Shown here: positions 1 through 9,555 of the stretch, piece after piece
How positions within the stretch are numbered: position 1 is the stretch's first letter
Layout: every line of letters begins with the position of its first letter
Assembly: GCA_963716395.1 (NCBI GenBank)
Contig: OY970309.1
Span: forward strand, 1,824,001 to 1,888,000
Origin: an uncultured Fibrobacteria bacterium
Lineage (GTDB): Bacteria; Fibrobacterota; Fibrobacteria; UBA11236
Length of the DNA: 64,000 nucleotides
Direction of reading: 5' to 3'
The notes under the pieces: model-generated
The model's input: only the letters and a program-made list of their open reading frames with translations
Told to the model about the DNA's origin: nothing
The model's database searches: none
Made by a program: the position numbers and the translations under genes

Positions 1-756
1 GCCCTGGCCTTTTCCGGATACCGGGTTTTGCTGGTGGATCTCGACGCCCAGTCCAATTTGACCCGGCACGTATTCGGCAAGGCCGAAACGCCCCGGCCCG
101 CGGGACCCGATATTGCCCAGGTGCTGTTGCGCCGCTGTGAGGCCGAAGATGCGCGCTATGAATCCGGCGTCGCGGGCCTGCACCTTCTGGCCGGCAGCCC
201 GGATCTCGACGATCTGCCCTTGTTCGATCCGCGGCTTTTGCGTGAACCGGTGCGGCTCAAAACTGCCTTGGCTCCGCTGCTGGGCGAATACGACCACGTG
301 CTGGTCGATTGCCCACCGTCGCTGAATTGGCTGACGCGGCAGGCGCTGTTCGCAGTGCGCGAGGTGATTCTTCCCACCCAGCCCGAGGCCTACGCGCTGC
401 AAGGCCTGGCCGAATTGGTGCCCTGGCTCGACAAGATGACGGCCTCGGCCCAGTTGTACCGCATCGTCATCAACCTGGTGCGCGCCCAGACACAGTTGCA
501 TCAAAGCTTGATCGAACAAATCACGGCGGCGTATCCGGGACGGGTGGCGCACAGCCGCGTGCGGCTCACCATCGATTTGGCCGAAGCCGCCCGTGCGGGA
601 GTAAGCGTGTTCGAATCGGCGCCGGCTTCGGCGGCCGCCCTGGATTTGTACGCCTTGTGTTTCGAACTGTTCGGGTTGTCGGGCGAAGGGGTGCGCGCGA
701 AAATTCGCGCCCGGGAAAACGCCGTCGCCCTCACGTCGGGGCCCGTCGGCATGTGA
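1..756 (+). CDS. ParA/Soj-family ATPase (5'-truncated by window edge)
   Basis: Frame is open from base 1 (ALAFSGYRVLLVDLDAQSNLT). Motifs DLDAQSNLT, VLVDCPPSL and PTQPEAYALQGL are typical of ParA/Soj. No parB follows. Confidence 0.85.
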   Translation, partial: ALAFSGYRVLLVDLDAQSNLTRHVFGKAETPRPAGPDIAQVLLRRCEAEDARYESGVAGLHLLAGSPDLDDLPLFDPRLLREPVRLKTALAPLLGEYDHVLVDCPPSLNWLTRQALFAVREVILPTQPEAYALQGLAELVPWLDKMTASAQLYRIVINLVRAQTQLHQSLIEQITAAYPGRVAHSRVRLTIDLAEAARAGVSVFESAPASAAALDLYALCFELFGLSGEGVRAKIRARENAVALTSGPVGM

Positions 757-812
757 GATTTCCTCGGATGCGGGACCGCGCGCAACTTCTATGTTTGCCG
801 GCGGAGGCGACT

Positions 813-1988
813 ATGGCCATGAATTCGGTGCCGGCCTTCGGGGCCGTTCTGTTGGGGCTTTTGGGGTGCGTCTGCGCCCAAAGCATTCCCCGCGATCAAA
901 TCGATTATGACCTGGACCAGGGCGAGGTGCAAAAAGCTGAAACGCTGCTGCGCGCAAGCCTTGCCCATCCGGAAAACCTGAGCGATCAGGACAGCGTCTA
1001 CCTCTTGAAAAATCTGGGTGTGCTGGAGGCGTCGAATCCGAAAACCCAGAAAAATGCCGACAAACTGTTTTACCGCCTGTTGGAATTGGATCCGTTCGCA
1101 TCCTTGTACGACACCTATGCCAGCAACCCGATTCTCGGGCGCTTTCAGAAAATCCGCCGCGACTTCCAACAGGAAAAAGGCGGCAAGGCGCTGATTCCGC
1201 CCGTGGTGGTGTTCGATTTCGAGGGCACGGGTTTTTCACCCGAGGATTTGGCCAGCCTCACCAACCAATTCGTCGGGGAAATGCAGAAGCTGCTGATCTT
1301 CCATACTCTGGATCGGCCCATGGTCGTGGAAACTTTGCGGCGTCTGCACAAGCAACCCGCCGACTGCGCCGATCGCGCCTGCCGCATCGACATCGCGCGT
1401 CGCCTGCTGGCGGAATACCTGGTGCTGCCCCAAATCAGCCGCATCGATTCGGTATACACGTTTCAATTGGAATTGGTTTCGGTGGCCACGGGTGAAAACA
1501 GCACCGTGCTGCGCAAGGTGTATACGGGTCCTCTGGCTCAGGTGCTGGCCAAGGGGTTGCCCGATCTGGCGAACGCGCTGCAAGATGCGGAGGCCGCGTG
1601 GCTGAATCTGAGTGTGCAGCCCAGCAACACCCAGTTGACGCTGGACGGAACGCCTTTGGCCGCATCCGACTCGCGTCTGCCCGTGAATCCCGGCAAACAC
1701 CGGGTATGCGGCAGCAGCCCGGGATACACCACCTTGTGCCGCGACTTCGAAGTGCGCAAGGCCGACGCGGTAACCTATTCGCTCGCGTTGCAGCCATCGG
1801 GCGGGAAAGTTCCGGAGCAACCGGCGACGGGAAAGGTGCGGGAGAACTGGGATGACAATCCGCAAGTACTCGCCCCCGAAGACGCCGACGGCCATTCCAA
1901 GGGACCCTCCACCAAAACCGTGGTTTGGATTGTGGCGGGCATGGCCGTAGCCGTGGGCGGATTGGCCTTGCTTCTCAGCGTTAAATAA
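813..1988 (+). CDS. PEGA-domain exported/membrane-anchored protein
   Basis: GGAGG at 803-807 then ATG 813. Signal-like N-terminus, helical region, VVVFDFEG alpha/beta domain, PEGA-like LSVQPSNTQLTLDG...VNPGKHRV...PGY, C-terminal hydrophobic helix. Confidence 0.7.
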   Translation: MAMNSVPAFGAVLLGLLGCVCAQSIPRDQIDYDLDQGEVQKAETLLRASLAHPENLSDQDSVYLLKNLGVLEASNPKTQKNADKLFYRLLELDPFASLYDTYASNPILGRFQKIRRDFQQEKGGKALIPPVVVFDFEGTGFSPEDLASLTNQFVGEMQKLLIFHTLDRPMVVETLRRLHKQPADCADRACRIDIARRLLAEYLVLPQISRIDSVYTFQLELVSVATGENSTVLRKVYTGPLAQVLAKGLPDLANALQDAEAAWLNLSVQPSNTQLTLDGTPLAASDSRLPVNPGKHRVCGSSPGYTTLCRDFEVRKADAVTYSLALQPSGGKVPEQPATGKVRENWDDNPQVLAPEDADGHSKGPSTKTVVWIVAGMAVAVGGLALLLSVK

Positions 1989-2010
1989 AATCCGAAGTTT
2001 GAATGCAAAA

Positions 2011-2037
2011 GGCGCCGGCAGAAATTCCTGCAGCGCC
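2011..2037. terminator. possible bidirectional terminator between convergent genes
   Basis: Imperfect GC stem ggcgc..gcag / ctgc.gcgcc flanked by aaaa and gtttt, between stops at 1988 (+) and 2059 (-). Confidence 0.4.
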
Positions 2038-2058
2038 GTTTCAGGTCAGGGCGGCCTG

Positions 2059-2622
2059 TCAGGGCAGGGAATCGGCGTTCGTCGGAGGCAACGGCGCGGC
2101 GGAATCGGCCGGCAATGAGGAAGGCGCCGCCTGGGACGAGGAGTCCAACGGGCTGGGCATGGCCGGTGACGAGGATTCCAAGGAGTTCGGGGCTTGCGGC
2201 GAGGTATCCAACGGGTTGGGCATGGCCTGGGTGGAATCGAGGGTCATACCCTTGCCCCCCAGGTAGCGTGAACCCGCCTCTTCACGGGCAATGATGTCGT
2301 AAATGCCCGCCAGATAGCCGCCCTCCACACGCACCCCCGGGGTGCGAATCAGCCGCTGCAAAGAGAGCGCGGTCATCGCCCGTTGTTTGTCTTCGGGAAC
2401 ATGCCCCTGGGCGTCGAGAATTTTGGCCCGATCTTCCGGCACCAGGTATTGCACGGCGCGCTCGAAGTTGCGCCGGGAAACGGATTCTCCGAAGCCGGTC
2501 AGTAAATCCAGAATGTCATTCGATCCCTTGACCTGTAAAGCGGCGGCATCGTTTTTGTCTTTGTTGGAGGCGCATCCCCATAGCAGAAGTACCGTGGTTA
2601 TGAGGGTGGCGCGAAGTTTCAT
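2059..2622 (-). CDS. hypothetical lipoprotein with Pro/Ser-rich repeated C-terminal tail
   Basis: MKLRATLITTVLLLWGC lipobox-type signal with GGAGGG upstream. Tail contains AMPNPLDTS / AMPSPLDSS repeats. Confidence 0.75.
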   Translation of the reverse strand: MKLRATLITTVLLLWGCASNKDKNDAAALQVKGSNDILDLLTGFGESVSRRNFERAVQYLVPEDRAKILDAQGHVPEDKQRAMTALSLQRLIRTPGVRVEGGYLAGIYDIIAREEAGSRYLGGKGMTLDSTQAMPNPLDTSPQAPNSLESSSPAMPSPLDSSSQAAPSSLPADSAAPLPPTNADSLP

Positions 2623-2993
2623 TTCGCCCTCCAGGTCCGGCATCCCGTTCCCAGGAAACGGAATACGAGCGTGTTTATTCGACTCGAAAATTTTTGATCC
2701 ATGTTTAGTCGTCCTCGTCGAACCATGCGAATCCCGTTAAAACTAAATAACCTGGACAGGGTCGCTCAACCACCGTAAAAATAGGTGCATCAACGGCGGT
2801 ATTTTTCCCGGTCCGTGGCGGACTTTACGAATGCACCGGCCCAGGGCAGCGCCGGTTTTTCAATAGCCCTTGTTTCCGGGAATCCGATGCTCTTGGGAAG
2901 CGGGCAAAAAAGCCTGCAAATCCGGGATCCCATCCCGGGTCGGTTCGTCTATTTTTTTCTTGCGTCCGCGTCCGGGCGTAAACGCCCGCCGCC

Positions 2994-4202
2994 ATGGAAA
3001 CCAGCGAAGCCTACTCTTTAAGCCGTCGGGATTGCGAAGTTTTGCGCATTGTGGCCAGCGTTCTGGTCGTGGTCGTGCATTGCGTGCATGTAGGGGTGGA
3101 GCAATACTATGTCACCCGCAATTACTGGTCGGCCGGTTTTCTGGCCACCTGCCTGGATCAATTCACCCGCTTCACCGTGCCGCTCTTTTTTTTCCTTTCG
3201 GGATTCGGCTTGGTGCGCCAATACGCACAAAGGCCATGCAAGCTCGGGGATTATTACCGCCATCGGCTCCCGAAAATTTTCCTTCCCTTTCTGTTGTGGT
3301 CGGCACTGACCAGCGGCCGGCACGTCGAAGTCATCGCCGCTTTTCCCTGGCATGCGGCTCCCTTTGCCGCCGCCTTGGGATTTCTCAAATTTCTTTTTCT
3401 CGACGGCTTCGACTACCAGTATTACTTCCTCATCGCCTTGTTCCAGTTTTATCTCGTGTTTCCGATTCTGTACCGCTGGGCCCGGTCGCCGTGGGCGCTG
3501 GGCGCCTGTCTGTTGCTGCACCTGGGACTGCTATCCCCCATCGAAACCTACCTGGAATTGCTGGGATGGCATTTGCCGCCGCTGCACTCCCACCTGGTGA
3601 TCTTTTATCTCTTCTATTGCCTGGCGGGCATGCACGCCGCCTGGAATCCGCGGCTGTTGGCGAACATTCTCGATCGCTGGACGCGTCCGGGCGTGGCTTG
3701 GTTTTGGGTGGGCACGCTATGCCTGCTGATGCTTGAGTATTGCGCCAACCTATACAGCGGCAAACGCCTCTGCGACACCGATCATTTCAACCGCTGGTCG
3801 GTGGTGCTCTACTGCCTTGCCAGCATGATGCTTTTTCTGAAGAACAAGGATTGGGTGTTGCGCCGCATCCATCGCAATCCCCATTGGGCCTTTCTTTTTT
3901 CCGGAGTGGCGCCCTATACCTTTTTCGTTTATCTGGCCCATACCCATTTGCTGCGGCTGGCCGACGCGGTGTCAACCGACTCCACGGTGGTGAACCTGGT
4001 CGGCCGCACCGTGCTGGTCGTGGCCGGAAGTTACGGCCTGGCCTGGGCGGTGCAATGGTTGCTACAAGACGCTCCCTGGCTGCGCTTCGCCCTGGGAATG
4101 CCCAAGGCCCCGTTGGAAAAACGCGACTTGCCCGGTTATTCGTGGTGGAAGTCCCGGCGCTTTGCCGCCTTGGCTACCGAAGGCTCGGCAACCGCCGAGT
4201 GA
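2994..4202 (+). CDS. acyltransferase family 3 (OafA/WecH-like) membrane protein
   Basis: LRIVASVLVVVVH, RFTVPLFFFLSGFGL, RLPKIFLPFLLWS, YYFLIALFQFY and FFVYLAH motifs; about 10 hydrophobic segments. Confidence 0.85.
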   Translation: METSEAYSLSRRDCEVLRIVASVLVVVVHCVHVGVEQYYVTRNYWSAGFLATCLDQFTRFTVPLFFFLSGFGLVRQYAQRPCKLGDYYRHRLPKIFLPFLLWSALTSGRHVEVIAAFPWHAAPFAAALGFLKFLFLDGFDYQYYFLIALFQFYLVFPILYRWARSPWALGACLLLHLGLLSPIETYLELLGWHLPPLHSHLVIFYLFYCLAGMHAAWNPRLLANILDRWTRPGVAWFWVGTLCLLMLEYCANLYSGKRLCDTDHFNRWSVVLYCLASMMLFLKNKDWVLRRIHRNPHWAFLFSGVAPYTFFVYLAHTHLLRLADAVSTDSTVVNLVGRTVLVVAGSYGLAWAVQWLLQDAPWLRFALGMPKAPLEKRDLPGYSWWKSRRFAALATEGSATAE

Positions 4203-4205
4203 ATT

Positions 4206-4586
4206 CTATTCGGATTTGGCCAGCAGGGTACGTACCTGCCGCCACAATACGTTCAGGCGAAAAGGTTTTTGCAAAAAAACGGCGCCGGGCAAATCCAGAC
4301 CGCGTTGCAGCGACGCATTGTTCTCGCCTGCGTAGCCCGACATGAAAATCACCTTGAGCTGGGGATGGGAGCGGCGCAACACGTCCACCAATTCGGGGCC
4401 AGTCATATGCGGCATCATGATGTCGGTGAGCACGAGATCAAAGGGATGGGATTGCCGGGCCCAGTCCAAAGCCTCGCCGCCTCCGGCCGCGCATTGCACG
4501 GCATATCCCTGCGCCTGCAACCCGTCGCGCAGCAGGTTGCGCAACACGTCTTCGTCTTCGACCAAGAGAATGGTGGCGGGGGTCAT
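4206..4586 (-). CDS. single-domain response regulator (receiver)
   Basis: ILLVEDE, LVLTDIMMP (phospho-Asp), FMSGY, FLQKPF; 126 aa. Confidence 0.92.
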   Translation of the reverse strand: MTPATILLVEDEDVLRNLLRDGLQAQGYAVQCAAGGGEALDWARQSHPFDLVLTDIMMPHMTGPELVDVLRRSHPQLKVIFMSGYAGENNASLQRGLDLPGAVFLQKPFRLNVLWRQVRTLLAKSE

Positions 4587-4734
4587 AAAATTGGCGCCTC
4601 CAATCTACCAATCGACGCAGATCGGGGTGTCGGTTTCCGCCTTGAAAACACGCCCTCCCGCGCGGGTTCCGGCGGAATAACCGCTGGATTGGGCCGATGG
4701 ATTTGGCCGCGGGTTTGAACTACCTTCATTGCGC

Positions 4735-5523
4735 ATGCCGAACGCCTCCGTATTACGCATGTGTTCCTGGAATGTGAACGGGTTGCGGGCCGCCCTGAAA
4801 AAGGGATTTCTCGACTTTGTCGAACAGCACCGTTTCGACGTACTGGGCGTGCAGGAAACCAAGGCCGAAGCCTCCCAGGTCGAAGAGGGGCTGCGCGCGC
4901 TCACCGGCTATCATCGCGTTTTTTCCTCGGCCGAACGCAAGGGCTACTCCGGCGTGGCCTTGTTCAGTCGCGAGCAACCCGCCGCGGTGACTTTGACCTT
5001 GGGGCGCAAAGATCTCGACGGCGAAGGCCGTGTGATTCAGGCCGACTTCGGCGACTTCATTCTGTTCAACGTGTATTTCCCCAACGGCAAATCGGGTCCC
5101 GAACGCCTGCGCTATAAAATGGAGTTTTACGACCGCTTTCTCGCAGTGTGCGCCGATCTCCTGCGCCGCGGCCGCGCCGTCATCGTCTGCGGTGACGTCA
5201 ACACGGCGCATCAGCCCATCGATCTGGCCCGGCCCAAAGAAAACGAAACCGTTTCGGGGTTTCTGCCCGAAGAACGCGCGTGGATCGACCGGTTTTTGGC
5301 CGCCGGATTTTTCGACGTGTTCCGCGAACGCCATCCCGAACCCGGGTGCTATTCGTGGTGGGACATGAAGTCGGGCGCCCGGGCGCGCAACGTGGGCTGG
5401 CGCATCGATTATTTCTTTGTCAGCGGGGCCTTGCGCGATCGGGTTGCCGACGCCTATCTCTTGCCGCAGGTCCTGGGATCGGATCATTGTCCCGTGGGGC
5501 TGGATTTGCAGCGCGCGGCCTGA
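4735..5523 (+). CDS. xth: exodeoxyribonuclease III / AP endonuclease
   Basis: SWNVNGLRA, QETK, KGYSGVA, YFPNG, GDVNTAH, GWRIDYF, SDHCPV. Confidence 0.95.
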   Translation: MPNASVLRMCSWNVNGLRAALKKGFLDFVEQHRFDVLGVQETKAEASQVEEGLRALTGYHRVFSSAERKGYSGVALFSREQPAAVTLTLGRKDLDGEGRVIQADFGDFILFNVYFPNGKSGPERLRYKMEFYDRFLAVCADLLRRGRAVIVCGDVNTAHQPIDLARPKENETVSGFLPEERAWIDRFLAAGFFDVFRERHPEPGCYSWWDMKSGARARNVGWRIDYFFVSGALRDRVADAYLLPQVLGSDHCPVGLDLQRAA

Positions 5524-5587
5524 TCGCGTTGCCTGGTTTATATTCGTTGTAACGCGTAAATTACGGATTCAAAAATAAGGGGGCGTC

Positions 5588-6235
5588 ATGCGCAGTCAAA
5601 AACCCGGTGTTTTCTGGGCGGGAATGTGTTTGTGGTTATGGGCTGCGGCCGCGGCCACCGAATACCAAATCGATCCCGCGCACAGCCAGGTGTTGTTCAA
5701 AGCGCGGCACATGGGCATCAACACCGTGACCGGCCGGTTCGATTCGCTATCCGGCAGCTTCGACGTCGATCCCAAGAACATCGCGGCCACCAAGGGCAGC
5801 GCCGTGATTCAAACCGCCAGCGTCAATACCGACAATGCGCGCCGCGATCATCATTTGCGCAGCGACGATTTTTTCAACGCCGAAAAGTATCCCCAAATCA
5901 AATTCGTCTCCAAAGCGGTGCGCAACATCAATGTGGCCGACTCGACCTGCGACCTAATCGGCGATCTGACCATCCGCGACGTCACCAAAGAAATTGTGCT
6001 CAAGGTCAAGGGCGGCGGCGTCATCAATGACGGCCACAACGAACGCGCCGCCTTCACCGCCACCGGATCGCTGAACCGCTTCGACTACGGCCTCAAATGG
6101 AACAAGCTGCTGGAAGCCGGCGGTTTCGTGGTGGGTCCCACGATTCAGTTGGAATTGGCTTTCGAAGGCGTACATCCCTTGGCGTCCTCGTCCGCTCCCG
6201 ATCCCCAGCCGGGCAAACCGGCCCGAGATAAGTAG
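5588..6235 (+). CDS. YceI-family (polyisoprenoid-binding) periplasmic protein
   Basis: Signal peptide, then YQIDPAHSQVLF, RDHHLRSDDFF, GDLTIRDVTK, NRFDYGLKWN. Confidence 0.92.
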   Translation: MRSQKPGVFWAGMCLWLWAAAAATEYQIDPAHSQVLFKARHMGINTVTGRFDSLSGSFDVDPKNIAATKGSAVIQTASVNTDNARRDHHLRSDDFFNAEKYPQIKFVSKAVRNINVADSTCDLIGDLTIRDVTKEIVLKVKGGGVINDGHNERAAFTATGSLNRFDYGLKWNKLLEAGGFVVGPTIQLELAFEGVHPLASSSAPDPQPGKPARDK

Positions 6236-6286
6236 GCGGTTTCGGTCAGGCGACCGCGGAGGGAGGGGAGTTCTACCTTTGCGATC

Positions 6287-7297
6287 ATGCCGGTCTTGAC
6301 CAACGACCAATGCGAGCGCATCGAGAAATACGCCGAAGTCTTCACGGGGTTGGTGAAAAAAGATCTCGTGCTCAAATTGCAGGACCAAATCGGGTACAAA
6401 ATGCCGAGCGAAGTCGACGCGGTGCTCTCCCCGCTGGCCGCGCTCATCGCCTGGTTGAAGAAGCGGAACTCCGGGGGCAAGATCCGCGAAGAGCATGAAG
6501 TGCCGGAAGAATTCACCCCCTTGATCCGCCGCCTGATTCTGCACCAGCGGCGCAGCACGGCTTCGAAGCTCGAAGAGCCGCTGTCGAAAACCTTTCACCC
6601 CGAACTCATCGCCAACCTCGAACGCGAACTGGAACCGGTGCAGGTGCTGATGCAAACCCCCTGGTTTCAGGCCGGACCGGCGCTGCGCGTGCCCCACCTC
6701 ACCGAATTTCTCGCCGTCAAATTCGTCGAAGAGATGTCCAAGCCCGTGCACGGCCTGGAGAAGCGCGAATACGACGAGAAGTTCCACATCTTGCAGACGC
6801 CCTCTTTATTCCTGAAAGACCTGCGTTATTACCGCGAGCAGTGCGAGCTGCGGTTCAACGGCCTCATGGTGGCGTATCTCGACGTCGACAACTTCAAGGC
6901 CTTCAACACGCGCTATGGCGAAACCAAGATCGATCGCGACTTGCTCCCGCGCTTTATGGAGCTGATGGAATCGCATGTGTATACCCACGGGTTCGCCTAC
7001 CGCTATGGCGGCGACGAATACGTGCTCTTGCTCCCCAATCTGAGCCTGCGCATGGGCATCGGTTTCATCCAGGAATTCCAGCACAAGCTGGCCATGATTT
7101 CCTATCGCGGCATCGAAGAAAGAGCCACGGTTTCCATCGGCGCGCTGTTTGTGCCCGCCGATTGTTTTCTCACCGAGCATGAAATCGAAGACCGGGCCAA
7201 CCGCGCCAAGAATTTCGCCAAGAAAAACGGCAAGAACTGCATCGCCACCTACCGGGGAACGTTTTACGAAGACAAGGAATTGCAGGTCGTGAAATGA
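6287..7297 (+). CDS. GGDEF-domain protein with uncharacterised N-terminal domain
   Basis: YLDVDNFKAFNTRYG, YRYGGDEY, TVSIG, AKKNGKNC. Confidence 0.85.
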   Translation: MPVLTNDQCERIEKYAEVFTGLVKKDLVLKLQDQIGYKMPSEVDAVLSPLAALIAWLKKRNSGGKIREEHEVPEEFTPLIRRLILHQRRSTASKLEEPLSKTFHPELIANLERELEPVQVLMQTPWFQAGPALRVPHLTEFLAVKFVEEMSKPVHGLEKREYDEKFHILQTPSLFLKDLRYYREQCELRFNGLMVAYLDVDNFKAFNTRYGETKIDRDLLPRFMELMESHVYTHGFAYRYGGDEYVLLLPNLSLRMGIGFIQEFQHKLAMISYRGIEERATVSIGALFVPADCFLTEHEIEDRANRAKNFAKKNGKNCIATYRGTFYEDKELQVVK

Positions 7298-7339
7298 AGG
7301 GTATCTCTAATTCAGCGGTACCCTATAAAAAGGAGCACC

Positions 7340-7825
7340 ATGTTTACCCTTGAAGACTTCATCGCCGCCTACCGCAAAGAGAGCGCGCTGTGCCTGCGGC
7401 TGTTCGAAAAAATTCCCGACGGGGGGCTGGATTATCGGCCCACGCCGGGCCAGCGATCCACTTTGGAATTGCTGCGGTATGTGAGTTACGGGCCGCACAA
7501 TGTGGTACGCCGCATTCTGGCCGGCGACTGGACCTTGGGCCGCGAGCTCGCCGAAGCAGCGAAAAGCATGCCGGCTTCGGATTTTCCCCGCGTCTTGCAG
7601 GCGCAAACCGACGACGTGGCCCTGAGGCTTCACGGCACCGATCCCGGCCGGCTGGCCGCAGAAACATTCACCTTTCCCTGGGGCGAGATCCTGACCAAGG
7701 GAGCGGCACTGGTGAGCCATCCCCTCAAATGGATGACCGGTTATAAAATGCAACTCTTCCTGTATCTCAAAGCTGCAGGTGCCTCCGAGCTGGGCACGCC
7801 CTATTTGTGGCATCTTCCGAAATAA
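7340..7825 (+). CDS. DinB/YfiT-like four-helix-bundle protein
   Basis: AGGAG RBS. LDYRPTPGQRSTLELLRY and YKMQLFLYLKAAG resemble DinB-superfamily motifs. Confidence 0.7.
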   Translation: MFTLEDFIAAYRKESALCLRLFEKIPDGGLDYRPTPGQRSTLELLRYVSYGPHNVVRRILAGDWTLGRELAEAAKSMPASDFPRVLQAQTDDVALRLHGTDPGRLAAETFTFPWGEILTKGAALVSHPLKWMTGYKMQLFLYLKAAGASELGTPYLWHLPK

Positions 7826-7830
7826 GCGCC

Positions 7831-8838
7831 ATGGCGGAAGGTTCGGCCCTGGTATTGCGTTCGGTCGGGCAACCGCCGACGCTGGAACCCATCGAGACGC
7901 CCGCACCGCGATCCGGCGAGGCGCTGGTTCGGCTCGAATTCGCGGGCCTCAACCACCGCGATCTCTTTCTGTGCCAAGGGCGTTATGCCGGCATCGAACT
8001 GCCCTGTGTGCTCGGGTCCGACGGCTACGGCCGGGTAGAGGCGGTGGGTTCCGGCGTCGATGCGGCCTGGGTCGGCCGCCCGGCGGTGATCTACCCGGTG
8101 TGGGAATGGGGCGAAGATGACGCTGCGCCCGGGCCGCGCTTCCGCATTTTGGGAATGCCCGATCCCGGCACCTTCGCCCGTTACATCTGTGTTCCCGTCA
8201 CCATGCTGTTTCCCGCCCCCGCAGGCTATGCGCCCGAAGAAGCGGCGATACTGCCGCTGGGCGGCCTCACCGCCCACCGCGCTCTGTTCCGCCGGGGCGG
8301 ATTGCGCGCCGGCGAGAAAGTGCTCGTTACCGGCGTCGGCGGCGGCGTGGCCCAGTTACTGCTTCGCTTCGCCGTCGCGGCGGGCGCCGAAGTCTGGGTG
8401 ACGGCGGGCACTCCGGTCAAGCTTGCCGGCGCCCTGGAACTCGGCGCACAAGGCGGTGTGTTGTATGCGAACCCGGCTTGGCCCCAAGAACTCCTGGCCG
8501 CGGCCGGTCCTTTCGATCTGTGCGTCGACAGCGCCGCCGGGCCGGTTTGGGCCGGGCTATGCGACGTGCTCAAGCCCGCCGGCCGGCTGGTTTTTTTTGG
8601 AGTTACCTTGGGGTTACCTTCGGATTTGCCTCTGCGCAAGGCTTTTTTCAAGCAGCTTTCCTTTTTGGGCACGACCATGGGTTCGCCGCGCGATTTCGCG
8701 GCTATGCTGGCTTTTGTTTTGGCCCATGGCATCAAACCCGCCCTCGACTCGGTGTGGCCGCTGGAAAAATTCGGCGAAGCTTTGGCGCGGCTGGATCAGG
8801 GTCTGCAAACCGGGAAAGTCGCCCTCCGCATTCCCTGA
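7831..8838 (+). CDS. MDR-family NAD(P)H quinone oxidoreductase / zinc-type dehydrogenase
   Basis: AGLNHRD, LGSDGYG, LTAHRAL, VLVTGVGGGVA, LGTTMGS, GKVALRI. Confidence 0.9.
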   Translation: MAEGSALVLRSVGQPPTLEPIETPAPRSGEALVRLEFAGLNHRDLFLCQGRYAGIELPCVLGSDGYGRVEAVGSGVDAAWVGRPAVIYPVWEWGEDDAAPGPRFRILGMPDPGTFARYICVPVTMLFPAPAGYAPEEAAILPLGGLTAHRALFRRGGLRAGEKVLVTGVGGGVAQLLLRFAVAAGAEVWVTAGTPVKLAGALELGAQGGVLYANPAWPQELLAAAGPFDLCVDSAAGPVWAGLCDVLKPAGRLVFFGVTLGLPSDLPLRKAFFKQLSFLGTTMGSPRDFAAMLAFVLAHGIKPALDSVWPLEKFGEALARLDQGLQTGKVALRIP

Positions 8839-8853
8839 GGCGCCCGGAGTATT

Positions 8854-9555
8854 TTAAGAGCCGACCAATTGCTGGGTAGCCGGTTCGGGCCGGGACGGCG
8901 GACGGGAGACGGGCCGCGTCGACCAGGATTTTTTGGTGGCGTGGGGATGCGGGGCGGAGATCGCCGTGAGAAAATCGTGCTGCAGGCGGTGCATGAATTC
9001 GCCCACCAATTGGCTTTGTTCAAAAGCGAGATTCTCCAAGCGCTGCGCCGGCTCGACAGCCATGGGCGGGTGTTGATCCAGAAATTGAAATACGGCGTAA
9101 AAATCGCCGTGGATTTGCGTTTGCCGAATCTTTAGTTTGGCCAACTCCCGCTGGAATTTCTGCAGCACGGGGGCATATTCCTCCAAACGATGCGACCACA
9201 GTTGCCCTCGCGGGTCGACATACAAACTGCGCAAGCGATTCAATTCATACCGATCGCGGGCATTTTCCGGCATGAAATGGGGTAAGAAGTCGTTTTTCCA
9301 GACGGAAAATTCCGCCGACACCGCGTGCAGCCATTCCACATAGGCAGCCATGGGGTTGCGAAGTTCGCGCCGAATCTCATCCAGGATTTGCCAGCGGAAA
9401 ATGCGCAGCGAATAAAAATGGGAAGTGGCGGCGAAAACGGCGCCGGCGAGCAAGACGCCGCAAAAGAGGCCGGAAATCAGGCAGATGATATAGGGTAAAG
9501 CGAGGTGATGGATTAAGTCCAAGGCCAAATTTTCAAACCGCACCGAGCCCTCCAA
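8854..9555 (-). CDS. hypothetical protein with N-terminal transmembrane helix
   Basis: 233-aa ORF with a hydrophobic N-terminal segment and helical body. Start codon uncertain; no recognised motif. Confidence 0.6.
   Translation of the reverse strand: MEGSVRFENLALDLIHHLALPYIICLISGLFCGVLLAGAVFAATSHFYSLRIFRWQILDEIRRELRNPMAAYVEWLHAVSAEFSVWKNDFLPHFMPENARDRYELNRLRSLYVDPRGQLWSHRLEEYAPVLQKFQRELAKLKIRQTQIHGDFYAVFQFLDQHPPMAVEPAQRLENLAFEQSQLVGEFMHRLQHDFLTAISAPHPHATKKSWSTRPVSRPPSRPEPATQQLVGS

Noticed and set aside
309-812. N-terminal extension of the 559-aa ORF overlapping parA
   Set aside because: It overlaps the ParA gene in another frame. The real start is ATG 813, which has GGAGG and a signal-like sequence.
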